From positions 1 to 41,757 of the IMG/VR virus record IMGVR_UViG_3300020148_000042: DNA of 41,757 nt, one strand, 5' to 3'. Below, in pieces: positions 6,379 through 15,140 of this stretch. Position numbers and translations under genes: made by a program. Every line of letters begins with the position of its first letter. Positions within the stretch are counted from its first letter, which is position 1. Source of the DNA: a virus. Its lineage: Duplodnaviria; Caudoviricetes. The notes under the pieces are model-generated. The model did no database searches, had not been told where the DNA came from, and saw only the letters and a program-made list of their open reading frames with translations.

Positions 6379-7142
6379 GCTTCCAAGCGATGACATGGGC
6401 GGTCCAGCAAAAGGTCGGCAATGCCACTGGCAAGGCCATCCTGCTCATGCTCGCGAACTATGCCGACGACCAGGGCGAGTGCTTTCCGAGCCAGGAAAAG
6501 CTGGCGGCTGAGTGCGAGTGCTCGGTGGCGACCGTCGCCCGCTGGCTTAAGGCGTTCGAGGAATGGGGCGCCCTGGTGAAGGTGAAGCAGTACGGCGAGG
6601 GTGGATATCGCCGTGCGGACCGTCTCCAACTGGCAATAGGCATACCCATCACAAAGTTACCTAGCACAGAGTTACCTAACTCTGCGTCGAAACTTACCCA
6701 TCACAGTGATGGAGCAGAACCTGTCAAGGAACCTACCTCACTACGTTCGGTATCTTCTGGCGCGCGCGACCTTGCCGAGTTCCGGCAGGCCCTCGGAACC
6801 ATCCTTCCCTCGCCTCTGATCGAAACGCTGATCCAGTCCCGGCGCAAGAAGCGGGCGGCGATCAACGGTCACGCCGGCTCGCTACTGGTCAAGGCGCTTG
6901 GTCGCTGTCCGGACCCGGTTGCGGCGGCTGAGGAAATGGCGGTGCGCGGCTGGACGAGCGTCAAGCCGGAGTGGCTGGAGCGCAGTCAGGTCCGTGGCTC
7001 TCCGCCGCCAAAGCCCAGCTTGGCGAACGGTTTCATGGATTTGGCTCAGCAGATGGGGCGGCAAGATGCGATACGATCCGAAGGTGGTGGCAGAGGCGTT
7101 CGGCCGGCTCTTCCAGACCTATCCGCAGTTTCAGGCGGCTGA
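6375..7142 (+). CDS. Phage replication initiator (N-terminal winged HTH)
   Basis: MSFQAMTWA...KAILLMLANYADDQGECFPSQEKLAAECECSVATVARWLKAFEEWG; internal iterons. Confidence 0.88.
   Translation: MSFQAMTWAVQQKVGNATGKAILLMLANYADDQGECFPSQEKLAAECECSVATVARWLKAFEEWGALVKVKQYGEGGYRRADRLQLAIGIPITKLPSTELPNSASKLTHHSDGAEPVKEPTSLRSVSSGARDLAEFRQALGTILPSPLIETLIQSRRKKRAAINGHAGSLLVKALGRCPDPVAAAEEMAVRGWTSVKPEWLERSQVRGSPPPKPSLANGFMDLAQQMGRQDAIRSEGGGRGVRPALPDLSAVSGG
6643..6712 (+). repeat. Iterons, putative phage replication origin
   Basis: 15-bp units TACCCATCACAAAGT (6643), TACCTAGCACAGAGT (6658), TACCTAACTCTGCGT (6673), TACCCATCACAGTGA (6695) in a low-GC patch inside the initiator gene, as for lambda O. Confidence 0.75.
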
Positions 7143-7596
7143 GTCCGACAAGGCGATGCGCGCCTATTTCGAGGCCGTCGAGCCGTACGAAACGCGCGAC
7201 ATCGAGGCGGCAATCCACAGCTTCATCACCGGATCGGCGCCGGGCCACAATGCGGCGTATGCACCAAATGCGCCGCAGGTCGGTTCCGAGACACGGCGGT
7301 TGATGAACCTTCGGCTCGACCGCGAGGCACGGGAGCGTCTGGCACAGCCGCGGCTGCCGCCGCCCGACATCGAGCATTCGCCCGAGAGCCAGGCGCGGGT
7401 GAAGGAAATGGTCGCGGGCGTCGTCGCCAACCTTAAATCCGTCACCGCCGATGAGGACGAGGCAACGGCTAAGCGCCGTGCCGAAATGTGGGATCGGACC
7501 AACCGCGCGTTCCGGCCCGAGTTGTCTGATCGGGAGGTAGGGCGCCGGCTGGGCTTTTCCGTTGGCGATCCCGAAGACCATGAGGCTGCCGCCTGA
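7066..7596 (+). CDS. Replication accessory protein (helicase loader/inhibitor position)
   Basis: MRYDPKVVAEAFGRLFQTYP...AYFEAVEPYETRDIEAAIHSF; directly follows the initiator. Confidence 0.65.
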   Translation: MRYDPKVVAEAFGRLFQTYPQFQAAESDKAMRAYFEAVEPYETRDIEAAIHSFITGSAPGHNAAYAPNAPQVGSETRRLMNLRLDREARERLAQPRLPPPDIEHSPESQARVKEMVAGVVANLKSVTADEDEATAKRRAEMWDRTNRAFRPELSDREVGRRLGFSVGDPEDHEAAA

Positions 7597-7823
7597 TGCC
7601 TATCCGCTCCGTTGAATCCAGCCCCGGCCACCGCGTCATGGTCGAAACCTGTGAAGCGTGCGGTGCTCCGGCCCCGTTTGGCGAGCACGTCAACATGCGC
7701 GCAGCGTTGCGGACGGGCGACGCCTCAAAGGCGGGCCGCTACTATTGCGGATGGGTCGATGGTGCTCCGGCTTGTGTCGGCAAGGACAGGGTCGGCGGCG
7801 ATCTGTTCGGGAGGGCGGCATGA
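7596..7823 (+). CDS. Small Zn-finger-like hypothetical protein
   Basis: CEACG...APFG...YYCG; TGATG coupling. Confidence 0.65.
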   Translation: MPIRSVESSPGHRVMVETCEACGAPAPFGEHVNMRAALRTGDASKAGRYYCGWVDGAPACVGKDRVGGDLFGRAA

Positions 7824-8026
7824 CCTACTCCTCCCTCCATCGCCAGAAGGCGGCAGCAGCGGGGATGAACGGCGGTGCTCGTGCTTCATTCGAGTATCGC
7901 TGCCGCGAGATCATCCACGCGTATCAGCGAGACGGCCTTGGGCCTGCGGGAGTGACGCAGGAACTCATCGCCGCGCTTCGGGAACTGGATCGGCGTAAGC
8001 CGAGGAATCAGAGAGGCGGCAAATGA
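7820..8026 (+). CDS. Hypothetical protein
   Basis: GGAGG RBS; ATGA overlaps at both ends. Confidence 0.6.
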   Translation: MTYSSLHRQKAAAAGMNGGARASFEYRCREIIHAYQRDGLGPAGVTQELIAALRELDRRKPRNQRGGK

Positions 8027-8178
8027 ACGCATACACTGCGGTGGCTATCGTCAATGCCATGATCGTCTTGGCAATCGTCGTGATCTCGGTCACGGGGTTT
8101 GTGCTTGCCGGAACTGCTGCCGGTGTTTGGTCGATCCTGCTCGCGTTCTTCATGATGAGCACGGGGGCGAGCAAATGA
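8023..8178 (+). CDS. 51-aa two-TM membrane protein (missing from the ORF track)
   Basis: MNAYTAVAIVNAMIVLAIVVISVTGFVLAGTAAGVWSILLAFFMMSTGASK; ATGA-coupled on both sides. Confidence 0.65.
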   Translation: MNAYTAVAIVNAMIVLAIVVISVTGFVLAGTAAGVWSILLAFFMMSTGASK

Positions 8179-8771
8179 GGGTGATCCAGAACCGGCGCTC
8201 GTTCGACGATGATGAGTTGCACTGGTACGCGCTCGACGTGATCCGTCAGAAGGAATACGTCGCCGGCCACATCTTCAACCGGATGGGGTGCATGACCTTC
8301 ATCCCCACCGAGATGCGCTTCCGCAAGAAGAACCGCTACGCCAAGGGCAAACTGGAGGTCGCGCACGCCGGCATCCCCGGGACCATCTTTGTCGGCTTTC
8401 CAGAGGTACCGAACTGGTATCGCGTCATGACGATGCACTTGGTCAACGGCGTGTTGTCCTTTGACCGCCAGCCGCACCGCTTCGATACTGCGAGCCCGGA
8501 ATGGATGGCGTACAGAGCGCACCAGATCGACGGCGAGATGACCATCGAGCGGCATAAGGTCTTCGTGAAGGTCGGCGGAGTAGAGGTAGAGGTCGAGCGC
8601 TCAGTGACGCTTATCAAGGTGCAGGGCAGGGGCGTCATCCGCTCCCACACCAATCTCAAGGCCCGGGCTGCGTCGAGCCGGCCGGTCGTCATTCGTCCCA
8701 CCGGCGAACGTGCCCGCATCCTTGCCAGCCTTATGCAGGCCGGACAGAGTGAGATTCCACAGGCGGCCTGA
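8175..8771 (+). CDS. NusG-family (NGN domain) late antiterminator
   Basis: HWYALDVIRQKEY...FIPTE...IPGTIFVGF; sits in the lambda Q position before the late leader and terminator. Confidence 0.8.
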   Translation: MRVIQNRRSFDDDELHWYALDVIRQKEYVAGHIFNRMGCMTFIPTEMRFRKKNRYAKGKLEVAHAGIPGTIFVGFPEVPNWYRVMTMHLVNGVLSFDRQPHRFDTASPEWMAYRAHQIDGEMTIERHKVFVKVGGVEVEVERSVTLIKVQGRGVIRSHTNLKARAASSRPVVIRPTGERARILASLMQAGQSEIPQAA

Positions 8772-8937
8772 AAGGGCTTGCATCGAGAAGCAAATCACCC
8801 CAAATTCGCCAACGGACAAGCGCGCGATCCGTGGTCAGCCATAGAGCCGAGACCCGGCGTGCTTTCTGGTCCGGCCGATATACGGCTCGGGTCAAAGGCG
8901 CCGAGATCGCTGCAAGCCATTATTGTGTCCAGACGAG

Positions 8938-8961
8938 GGCCTCGCAATCGCGGGGCCTTTT
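8938..8961 (+). terminator. Intrinsic terminator of the late leader (tR'-like)
   Basis: GGCCTCGC-AATC-GCGGGGCC-TTTT. Confidence 0.75.
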
Positions 8962-8975
8962 GCTTATCCACCATC

Positions 8976-9045
8976 GCGGTTGCGTCAGGGACGAGTAGGG
9001 CCCTCCAAGCCCTTGAGCCGGGTTCGAGTCCCGGTGGCCGCTCCA
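8976..9045 (+). tRNA. Degenerate tRNA-Gly(TCC)-like element, 70 nt
   Basis: Acceptor GCGGTTG/TGGCCGC + T-CCA; anticodon arm AGGGC-CCTCCAA-GCCCT; T arm CCGGG-TTCGAGT-CCCGG; D arm reduced to CGTC-AGG-GACG. Confidence 0.75.
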
Positions 9046-9182
9046 TTGTCACCGGGAGCCATCATGATCGGCATGAGCATCACCGTCCACGATATCACTG
9101 GCATCGTCACCGCACAGACTGTCTCTCCTGATGGCAAGGCCATGGTCAGGATCGGGGACAGGTGGGTGATGGTCGAGTAGGC

Positions 9183-9839
9183 ATGGCGGTTCTTCCCAAC
9201 GCTCGCCATGAGGCGTTTGCCCAAGCGCTCGCCAAGGGGAAGACGGCAGACGATGCCTATGCGCAGGCCGGCTTCAAGCCGGACCGGGGCAATGCGTCTC
9301 GACTACAGCAGAAAGACAGCATCAGACAACGCGTCGCCGAGCTTTTGGAATGGTCGGCAACCGTGGAGCAGAAGGCCACCGAGCGGGCGATCGACAAGCT
9401 CGCCATCACAAAGGAGCGGGTACTGGCCGAACTGGCGAAGATCGGTTTCAGCGACATCCGCAAGGCGATCAAGTGGAACGGTCACCTCATCACCGAGGAG
9501 GACAATCCCGAAGGCGGCGACGTGCTGGTGGTCAAGACCATTGTCAGCAATCACGTGACGCTCATCGACAGCGAAGATCTGGACGACGACACCGCGGCGG
9601 CCATTGCCGAAATCAGCCAGAACGCAACCGGCGGTATCAAGCTCAGGATGCACGACAAGAAGTCGGCCCTGGTCGATATCGGCAAGCATCTCGGCATGTT
9701 CGTGGACAAGGTTGACCATACGTCGAGCGACGGAAGCATGTCGCCCCCCAAGCCGGCAATCGACGCATCGAAGCTCTCGACCGCTGCTCTCGCGGAGATC
9801 ATGGCGGCCGCCGATGATGAGGCAACTGACAAACGCTGA
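9183..9839 (+). CDS. terS: Terminase small subunit
   Basis: LPNARHEAFAQALAKG...AYAQAGF...ITKERVLAELAKIGFSDIRK...IKLRMHDKKSALVDIGKHLGMF. Confidence 0.93.
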   Translation: MAVLPNARHEAFAQALAKGKTADDAYAQAGFKPDRGNASRLQQKDSIRQRVAELLEWSATVEQKATERAIDKLAITKERVLAELAKIGFSDIRKAIKWNGHLITEEDNPEGGDVLVVKTIVSNHVTLIDSEDLDDDTAAAIAEISQNATGGIKLRMHDKKSALVDIGKHLGMFVDKVDHTSSDGSMSPPKPAIDASKLSTAALAEIMAAADDEATDKR

Positions 9840-11262
9840 CCTGCTCGCGGTCGAGCGGGAATTGTGCAAGCGGTCACTCGCCGCCTTTGCAAAGCGGGCG
9901 TGGTCGATACTGGAGCCGGCTACCCCTCTCAAATGGGGGTGGGCGCTCGATGCGATCTGCCAGCACCTCGAGGCGGTGACCAATGGCGATGTGAATCGCC
10001 TGCTGATGAACGTGCCGCCGGGCACGATGAAGTCGCTGTTGACCGCGGTGATCTGGCCGGCATGGGAGTGGGGGCCGCGCGGCCTTCCGTCAAACCGCTT
10101 CATCTCGACGGCGCACAAGCAGGACCTGGCCGTTCGCGACAACATGAAGTGCCGCCGGCTGATCCAGTCGAAATGGTTCCAGGAACGATGGCCGCTTACG
10201 CTCACCAGTGACCAGAACGCCAAGACGAAGTTCGAGAACGACCGCACCGGCTTTCGCGAGGCTATGGCCTTCACGTCGATGACTGGCGCTCGGGGCGATC
10301 GGGTTATCCTCGACGACCCGCTGAGCGCTGACGACGCGAACAGTCCGGCCGCGCTGCTGGCGGCAGAGCTGACGTTCCTCGAGGCGCTTCCGACCCGCGT
10401 CAACAACGAGAACTCGGCCATCGTGGTTATCATGCAGCGGCTGCATGAGCGCGACACGTCCGGGCTGATCATCGAGAAGGGGTTGCCTTACACGCACCTG
10501 ATGTTGCCGATGCGGTTTGAGCCGGATCGGCGCTGCGTGACCAGCATAGGGTTCGAAGATCCCCGCACCTATGAGGGGGAACTGTTGTTTCACGAGCGGT
10601 TCCCGGAAACTCAGGTCGCGGAACTGGAACGGACGCTTGGCAGCTACGCCGCGTCGGGTCAGTTGCAGCAGCGACCGACGCCACGCTCTGGCGGCATGTT
10701 CCAGCGCGGTGATTTCGAGATCGTCGATGCTGTTCCTGCCGGTGCCAAGCGCTGCCGGGCATGGGATTTCGCGGCGTCGGTGCCGAAGGCCGGTAAACAG
10801 CCGGACTGGACCGTTGGGCTTCGCATGGCGCATGTCGGTGGCGTGTTCTACGTCGAGGACGTGGTGCGCGATCGCTGGTCGCCGGGCGATGTCGAGAGGA
10901 ACCTGAAGAACACGGCATCGCAGGACGGGACTTCGGTTCGTATCAGGATGCCGCAAGACCCTGGCGCTGCTGGCAAGGCTGACGCCAACACGAAGATCAA
11001 GCTGCTGGCCGGCTATGCCGTCAAGGCGATTCCCGTGACCGGTGACAAGGCCACTCGGGCCAAGCCTGCGTCGGCACAGGCTGAAGCCGGGAACGTGAAA
11101 CTGGTGCGCGGCGCGTGGAACCAGGCCTTTTTGGATGAGGTCTGCACCTTCCCGCACGGGCAATTCGACGATCAGGTCGATGCCTTTGCCGACGCGCTGA
11201 ATGAACTCGCGCTAGGCACAACGGCGCCCGTCGCACAAACCGGCGTTCAGCGAAGGAACTGA
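9814..11262 (+). CDS. terL: Terminase large subunit
   Basis: Walker A NVPPGTMKS, Walker B VILDDP, IMQRLHE, nuclease motifs AWDFA and FPHGQFDDQVDA. Confidence 0.96.
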   Translation: MMRQLTNADLLAVERELCKRSLAAFAKRAWSILEPATPLKWGWALDAICQHLEAVTNGDVNRLLMNVPPGTMKSLLTAVIWPAWEWGPRGLPSNRFISTAHKQDLAVRDNMKCRRLIQSKWFQERWPLTLTSDQNAKTKFENDRTGFREAMAFTSMTGARGDRVILDDPLSADDANSPAALLAAELTFLEALPTRVNNENSAIVVIMQRLHERDTSGLIIEKGLPYTHLMLPMRFEPDRRCVTSIGFEDPRTYEGELLFHERFPETQVAELERTLGSYAASGQLQQRPTPRSGGMFQRGDFEIVDAVPAGAKRCRAWDFAASVPKAGKQPDWTVGLRMAHVGGVFYVEDVVRDRWSPGDVERNLKNTASQDGTSVRIRMPQDPGAAGKADANTKIKLLAGYAVKAIPVTGDKATRAKPASAQAEAGNVKLVRGAWNQAFLDEVCTFPHGQFDDQVDAFADALNELALGTTAPVAQTGVQRRN

Positions 11263-11265
11263 CCT

Positions 11266-12705
11266 TTGGACAAGTCCCTCGACCCTTCAACGCCGAGCCC
11301 GGCTCACGAGCAGCTTGCCCCGAAATGGGCCATGGTGCGGGCCATTCTCGATGGCGCTGATGCTGTGCGAAGGGCAGGGCAGGTCTATCTGCCGAAGCAT
11401 CCGGCAGAGAGCGACGACGAGTACAAGCGCCGGCTCGCCTCGGCGCCGTGGCGGCCTGAGTTCGAGGACGCGCTGCGATCCATTTCATCGAAGCCTTTCG
11501 CCAAGGAGGTGGCTCTTTCCGGCGATCCTAGCGAAGAGGCCAAGGCCCTTGCCGAGGATATCGATGGTCGGGGCAACAACCTGCACGTTTTCGCCAAGGA
11601 CTTGTTCGAGGACGGCGTGTCGCTCGGCGCAGCCGGCATTCTCGTCGACTTCCCACCGATGGCGCCGAACGCCACCCGCGCCGATGAGCGTGCAGCTGGT
11701 GCCCGCCCCTACTGGGTGGAGATCGCGGCCGACGAGATCATTGCACTCAGGACGGAGCGCCGAGGAGCGCGCGAGGTCGTCACGCATCTGCGCGTGTGGG
11801 AAACAGCAACGGCGATCAATGGCTTTGAGGAGAGCGTCGTCAAGAAGATCAGGGTGATCGAGCCCGGTCTGTGGCAACTCTGGCATCAGGTCAAAGGCGT
11901 CGACGGCAAGCCGCAGTGGGCTCTCGAGGCCGAGGGCGTGATGACCCTCGATGAGGTTCCGTTCGTCTTCTACGCCACGGCAGACCGCGTCGGGGCGCAG
12001 TACGTCCGCCCGCCCATGCTCGATCTTGCGAACATGCAGATCGAGCTCTACCGCTTCATGTCGGGCGAGGAGCAAATTTACACGATCGCCGGGGCGCCGA
12101 TGCTCACTGCCAACGGCATGGCGGCGCCGGAAGATGGCGGCACGGTCGAGGTCGGACCTGGGCGCATCCTGTTCGCCCCCGGCGGCGAGCATATTTCCAC
12201 CAGCTGGGCCTATATCCAGCCCGCCGCGGAGAACCTGAAGGCCATCACGGCCAAGGCGCAGGGCATCATCGAGGACATGCGCCGCCTCGGGCTGCAGCCC
12301 ATGCTGCCGAAGACCGGCAACGTCACGGCTACGGCAACGGGCGTCGAGGCCGCGAAGGCGCACACTGCCGTCGGCACCTGGGCTAACGGCCTCAAGGACG
12401 CAATCGAGCAGGCCTGGATGTTCACCATGCGCTGGATGAAGTCGCCCGAGGAGGTGACCGTCTCGGTGCATACTGACTTCGGCGTTTCGTTGCAGGGCGC
12501 CGAAGAGGTTCGCGAACTGCGCGAGGCCCGCGCCGCCGGAATGATCTCGGAGGAGACCTTCTGGGATGAGCTCGTGCGCCGCGGCGTGCTCGGGCCTCAG
12601 TTCGACAAGGACGAGGAGCGCGCCCGGCTCATCGCGGAGATCCCCGGCGACGATCCCGAGGAGAGCGAGGCAGCGCTGCTGCCGACCCCTGATCCCGTCA
12701 CCTGA
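11266..12705 (+). CDS. Portal protein (DUF4055-like)
   Basis: Follows terL; YLPKHPAESDDEYKRRL, DIDGRGNNL, GMISEETFWDELVRRG. Confidence 0.92.
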   Translation: MDKSLDPSTPSPAHEQLAPKWAMVRAILDGADAVRRAGQVYLPKHPAESDDEYKRRLASAPWRPEFEDALRSISSKPFAKEVALSGDPSEEAKALAEDIDGRGNNLHVFAKDLFEDGVSLGAAGILVDFPPMAPNATRADERAAGARPYWVEIAADEIIALRTERRGAREVVTHLRVWETATAINGFEESVVKKIRVIEPGLWQLWHQVKGVDGKPQWALEAEGVMTLDEVPFVFYATADRVGAQYVRPPMLDLANMQIELYRFMSGEEQIYTIAGAPMLTANGMAAPEDGGTVEVGPGRILFAPGGEHISTSWAYIQPAAENLKAITAKAQGIIEDMRRLGLQPMLPKTGNVTATATGVEAAKAHTAVGTWANGLKDAIEQAWMFTMRWMKSPEEVTVSVHTDFGVSLQGAEEVRELREARAAGMISEETFWDELVRRGVLGPQFDKDEERARLIAEIPGDDPEESEAALLPTPDPVT

Positions 12706-12773
12706 CGGGCTGCCCCGAACGGGGCGCATTGAGGCGAATGCCTCTCGATGGGCGAAGGCCCAAGGAGCACACG

Positions 12774-13535
12774 TTGAAACTCAAAACAGACGCTGACGGC
12801 CATGTGGTCGTTCAGGACGGCAAGCCCGTCTACACCACCGACGACGGCAAGGAAATCGCCTTCGATGCGGCCGGCACCGCCGCCACCATCGATCGCATCA
12901 CCACGGAATCCAAGGGCTATAAGACCCGCGCCCAAGAGGCTGAGGGCAAGCTCAAGGCGTTCGACGGTATCGACGATCCCAAGGCCGCCAAGGATGCTCT
13001 GACCAAGGTCGCCAACTGGGGCGACAAGGAACTGGTCGAAGCCGGCAAGGTCGAAGAGATCAAGGCCGCCGCCATTGCTGCGGTCGAGGAAAAGTACAAG
13101 CCCATCGTCGAGAGGGCATCGACGCTCGAGGCAGCCCTGCATGGCGAGAAGATCGGCGGCGCGTTCGCCCGGTCCAAGTTCATCGCCGACAAGATCGCCG
13201 TTCCGGCCGACATCGTGCAGGCCCGCTTCGGCACCAACTTCAAGCTCGAAGACGGCAACGTCGTCGCCTACGACCAGTCGGGCAACAAGCTCTATTCCAA
13301 GTCGAGCCCCGGCAATGCGGCGAGCTTCGACGAAGCCCTGGAATTGCTGGTGGACGCCTATCCCTACAAGGACTCGATCCTGAAGGGCACTGGCGGCTCG
13401 GGGTCCGGCAAGCCGTCCGGCCAGGGCGGCGCTGGAGGAGGCGGCAAGAAGGAAATCACCCGCGCTGAGTTTGAAGCGCTCGGTCCGATGGAACGGGCCG
13501 CGAAGGTCAAGGACGGCTTCGCCGTCGCTGACTAA
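12774..13535 (+). CDS. Capsid scaffolding protein
   Basis: AAGGAG RBS + TTG 12774; MKLKTDADGHVVVQDGKPVY, coiled coil, Gly-rich tail; directly upstream of the capsid gene. Confidence 0.85.
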   Translation: MKLKTDADGHVVVQDGKPVYTTDDGKEIAFDAAGTAATIDRITTESKGYKTRAQEAEGKLKAFDGIDDPKAAKDALTKVANWGDKELVEAGKVEEIKAAAIAAVEEKYKPIVERASTLEAALHGEKIGGAFARSKFIADKIAVPADIVQARFGTNFKLEDGNVVAYDQSGNKLYSKSSPGNAASFDEALELLVDAYPYKDSILKGTGGSGSGKPSGQGGAGGGGKKEITRAEFEALGPMERAAKVKDGFAVAD

Positions 13536-13634
13536 TCCCCCGGTCACGGGGATCTGCCTGTCGGTCCGAAGGGACGGGGCGAAAGCCGAATGGCTCTCCA
13601 ACCACATCCCAACACTCATCGATAGGAGGCCCCT

Positions 13635-14810
13635 GTGGCCAAGACTACTACGACCCTGACGGGTCTCATCCCGACCATCTATGAAGCTTTCGACGTTGTC
13701 GCTCGCGAGCGCGTCGGTTTCATCCCCGCCGTTGCCACCGATGCCTCGGCCGAACGTGCCGCAGTCAACCAGACCATTCGTTCGCCCGTCGTGGGCGCGA
13801 TGGCGGCCGAAAACCTCGAGGTCGATAACGTCGCCTCGTCGGCACCGGACCAGACCATCGGCTACGTCGACATGACGATCAGCAAGGCCCGCTCGGTCCC
13901 GTTCGGCATCACAGGCGAGGAAGCGCTGAGCGTCAGCCAGTCGATGGCGACGATCAACCGTGATCGCATTGCCCAGTGCCTGCGCACCCTTACCAACGAG
14001 GTCGAGGCCGATCTGGCCGCGCTGCACATCTACGCCTCACGCGCCTATGGCACCTACAACTCGGTCCCGTTCGGCACGGCCGGCGACTTCTCGGATTTTG
14101 CGCAGCCGCTCAAGATCCTCGAAGACAACGGCGCTCCGGGCTCGGACCTGCACATGGTGCTGGGTGGCGCGGCGATTGCCAACATTCGCGGCAAGCAGTC
14201 GGTGCTTTTCAAGGCCAACGAGGCCGGCACCGACGAGATGCTGCGCCGTGGCATCGTCGGCAATGTCGAGGGGTGGGACATCCACAACTCGGGCCAGGTC
14301 AAGCGCAACGTGGCGGCCGGCACCAACAATGGTTCGGCGACCACGGATGCCACCGGCTATGCCGTGGGCACCACGTCGATCACGATGGCCAATGCCGGCA
14401 CCGGCAACATCCTCGCAGGCGATATCATCACCTTCGCTGGTGACGCCAACAAGTATGTGGTCGTGCAGGGCGATAACGACGTGTCGGCCGGCGCCGGTAC
14501 CCTGATCATCGCGGAGCCCGGCCTGCGCCAGGCCATCCCGGCACAGGCCACCACCATCACTACCGTGGCGGCGACCACCCGCAACATGTTCTTCCACCGT
14601 TCGGCCATCCAGCTCGCCACCCGCGCGCCGGCCATGCCGGAAGGTGGCGACGCTGCGGATGACGTGATGGTCATCACCGATCCGGTGTCGGGCATCGCCT
14701 TTGAGTTCTGCATCTACCGGCAGAAGCGTCAGGTTCGCTACGAGGTCAACCTCGCCTGGGGCGTCAAGGTGATCGCGCCGCGCTACCTTGGCCTGTTGAT
14801 CGGCCAGTAA
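13635..14810 (+). CDS. Major capsid protein (P22 coat-like)
   Basis: TLTGLIPTIYEAFDVVARERVGFIPAV...YEVNLAWGVKVI; AGGAGG RBS. Confidence 0.92.
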   Translation: MAKTTTTLTGLIPTIYEAFDVVARERVGFIPAVATDASAERAAVNQTIRSPVVGAMAAENLEVDNVASSAPDQTIGYVDMTISKARSVPFGITGEEALSVSQSMATINRDRIAQCLRTLTNEVEADLAALHIYASRAYGTYNSVPFGTAGDFSDFAQPLKILEDNGAPGSDLHMVLGGAAIANIRGKQSVLFKANEAGTDEMLRRGIVGNVEGWDIHNSGQVKRNVAAGTNNGSATTDATGYAVGTTSITMANAGTGNILAGDIITFAGDANKYVVVQGDNDVSAGAGTLIIAEPGLRQAIPAQATTITTVAATTRNMFFHRSAIQLATRAPAMPEGGDAADDVMVITDPVSGIAFEFCIYRQKRQVRYEVNLAWGVKVIAPRYLGLLIGQ

Positions 14811-14815
14811 TCCAG

Positions 14816-14846
14816 ACGGGCGGGGTTCTGGCCCCGCCCTCCCTTC
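14816..14846 (+). terminator. Hairpin after the capsid gene
   Basis: GGGCGGGGT-TCT-GGCCCCGCCC followed by a pyrimidine run. Confidence 0.5.
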
Positions 14847-14867
14847 ATCTTGCTCAGGAGACCGCTC

Positions 14868-15134
14868 ATGTCCGACGTGCTTCCCGTCGTCCTCATCGAA
14901 ACGCCGAATGGCCCGGCGCGTCTCAACGAGTCCGATTTCGACCCTGCCAAGCACAAGCTCTGGCGCGATCCGCTCGATCATGACGGCAACAAGGTGAAGG
15001 GCGGCACGGCCGTCCCTCCGTCCGAACTGAGCGTCTTGCGGAACGAATACAAAGCGGTGATCGGCAAGGGCCCGTCGCCGAAGTGGGACGCCGAGACCCT
15101 GCGCGCGAAGATCGCTGCGCACAAAGCGGAGTAG
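14868..15134 (+). CDS. Small virion-associated hypothetical protein
   Basis: AGGAG RBS, ATG 14868; C-terminal GKGPSPKWDAETLRAKIA helix motif common after capsid genes. Confidence 0.7.
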   Translation: MSDVLPVVLIETPNGPARLNESDFDPAKHKLWRDPLDHDGNKVKGGTAVPPSELSVLRNEYKAVIGKGPSPKWDAETLRAKIAAHKAE

Positions 15135-15140
15135 CTAATC

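Noticed and set aside
8976-9045. tRNA-like element as a prophage attachment site
   Set aside because: It lies mid-genome at the start of the late operon, with no duplicate 3' end noticed and no integrase nearby
9303-15122. Long minus-strand ORFs (389, 357, 414, 476 and 361 aa) opposite the terminase, portal, scaffold and capsid genes
   Set aside because: Shadow ORFs expected from high-GC codon bias; no recognisable motifs
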